Shown one piece after another: positions 31,232 through 32,428 of a DNA stretch of 32,428 nt (position 1 is the first letter of the stretch; the number at the start of each line of letters is the position of its first letter). Made by a program: the position numbers and the translations under genes. The DNA lies in assembly GCA_049598495.1 (NCBI GenBank), contig JBMYNR010000015.1:1-32428 (forward strand), given 5' to 3'. The DNA is from Opitutales bacterium. Lineage in GTDB: Bacteria; Verrucomicrobiota; Verrucomicrobiia; Opitutales; Coraliomargaritaceae. The notes under the pieces were generated by a model. That model did not search any database. It had not been told where the DNA came from and saw only the letters and a list, made by a program, of their open reading frames with translations.

Positions 31232-32203
31232 ATGCGAGTTTTTGTAATCGGTAATGGAGGTTGGGGCACGGCACTGGGCATGATCCTCGCCAAGAATGGA
31301 AACGAGGTAATGATTTGGGGGCCGTTCGAGGACGAACTTGCCGAGATTCGTGAAACGGGGGTCAACCGCACCTATTTGCCCGGCGTGCAGATTCCGGCCG
31401 AAGTTCAATGGACATCAAATCCCGAAGATGTTCGTGACGCCGAACTGGTGGTCATCGTGACGCCCTCACGCTTCTATCGCAGCTCATTGGAGACCTTCAA
31501 ACCACACCTACCGGATAATGTTCTCATCGTGAGCGCCACGAAGGGACTCGACGAGACCACCCATCAGCGCATGAGTGAAGTCGCCCATGATGTACTGAAA
31601 CGAAATATTGCCATCCTGTCGGGGCCGTCTCATGCCGAGGAGGTGGCTCGCGGTGTGCCGACACTCGTCACCATTGCTGGTGAACGCGCAGAGGAGATTC
31701 AACAAGCCTTTATGGGGAAGAGCTTTCGCGTCTACACCTCGGATGATCCATTGGGCGTTGAGGTCGGGGGCACGCTGAAGAACATCATCGCTGTTGCGGC
31801 CGGTATCCTTGACGGCATGGGCTTGGGAGACAACACCAAGGCCGCGCTTATGACCCGAGGTTTGGCAGAGATTACCCGCCTCGGGGTTTGCCTGGGCGCG
31901 AAGCCAGAGACTTTCTCGGGTCTTAGCGGTATCGGTGACCTTATCGTCACTTGTTCCAGTCAACACAGCCGGAACCGCTCTGTCGGTGAACGACTCGGGA
32001 AAGGGGAAAGTCTCGAACAAATCATGGGGGGGATGAAGCAGGTGGCTGAGGGCATTTGGAATGCAAAGGCTGCTCGAGACCTAGCCTCAGTGCACGGAAT
32101 TGAAATGCCGATCACAGAGGAAGTCTGCAAGATCGTTGAGGAGGGTAAGGATCCACATGAGGCGCTGATAGATCTCATGTCACGCGACGCGGGCGCGGAG
32201 TAG
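31232..32203 (+). CDS. gpsA: NAD(P)H-dependent glycerol-3-phosphate dehydrogenase
   Basis: GNGGWGTAL, SGPSHAEEV, LKNIIAVAAG, GLSGIGDLIVTC, SRNR. Confidence 0.97.
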   Translation: MRVFVIGNGGWGTALGMILAKNGNEVMIWGPFEDELAEIRETGVNRTYLPGVQIPAEVQWTSNPEDVRDAELVVIVTPSRFYRSSLETFKPHLPDNVLIVSATKGLDETTHQRMSEVAHDVLKRNIAILSGPSHAEEVARGVPTLVTIAGERAEEIQQAFMGKSFRVYTSDDPLGVEVGGTLKNIIAVAAGILDGMGLGDNTKAALMTRGLAEITRLGVCLGAKPETFSGLSGIGDLIVTCSSQHSRNRSVGERLGKGESLEQIMGGMKQVAEGIWNAKAARDLASVHGIEMPITEEVCKIVEEGKDPHEALIDLMSRDAGAE

Positions 32204-32266
32204 GCATTCGTCTTTATCGAAACTTGGTGATACGGGCTTTGAGATCTTGCAGTCCCGCCTTGCACT

Positions 32267-32428
32267 GCTTGCGAAAACCGGACCACCCAGGTGAGAGGCG
32301 TCTATGCCATGCGAAGCATGGTACCCAGAGTGGGCCTCGTTCCGAGAAGCGGAGCGACGACAAGACCGGTTTCGCTTGCGAAAACCGGACCACCCAGGTG
32401 AGAGGCGTCTATGCCATGCGAAGCATGG
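32267..32428 (-). repeat. 107-bp-period tandem repeat containing a tRNA-Leu-like 3' end
   Basis: 32267-32321 is identical to 32374-32428 (55 bp). Minus strand 32343-32319 reads GGAACGAGGCCCACTCTGGGTACCA, like a T-arm/acceptor GGTTCGAGTCCCACTCTGGGTACCA. Confidence 0.85.

Noticed and set aside
32267..32428. CRISPR array
   Set aside because: Only two copies of a 55-bp repeat, the intervening sequence contains a tRNA-like end, and there are no cas genes; a tRNA-linked tandem repeat fits better.

Overview
Bacterial chromosomal segment of moderate-high GC with no prophage, intact IS or CRISPR array. Gene content and arrangement (dnaK-groES-groEL cluster, stand-alone coaB, CxxS/SxxC-type IleRS C-terminus, SD-poor starts) suggest Verrucomicrobiota, probably Opitutales/Puniceicoccales; this is inferred, not searched. 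The window runs from the 3' end of a probable tRNA-Trp to a tRNA-Leu-linked tandem repeat. It is mostly housekeeping genes: dnaK, groES, groEL, addA/addB-like helicase-nuclease, metY-like, a TMTC-like membrane protein, DUF192, M24 peptidase, VC0807-like, coaB, PAS histidine kinase, HNH, rpe, menD, an H1-like/DksA fusion, ileS, a Ca/Na antiporter, gpmI, engB, DUF4202-like, msrA and gpsA. The unusual signal is in small repeats. (1) A structured ~45-nt motif with a covarying hairpin lies 20-22 nt behind the CCA of two different tRNA ends, one at each end of the window. (2) GTAG-type REP elements occur, including a doublet inserted in frame inside the addA coding sequence and one nested in a 143-bp TA-bounded palindrome. 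(3) A decayed four-helix-bundle (23S rRNA IVS-type) gene is enclosed by inverted hexamer arrays that can base-pair, and cargo-less hexamer, heptamer and nonamer arrays split addB from addA. Also notable are a nuclease-less AddA, a 4-residue deletion in a conserved GroEL motif, a sigma54-type probably leaderless dnaK promoter, and repeated leaderless promoter geometry.
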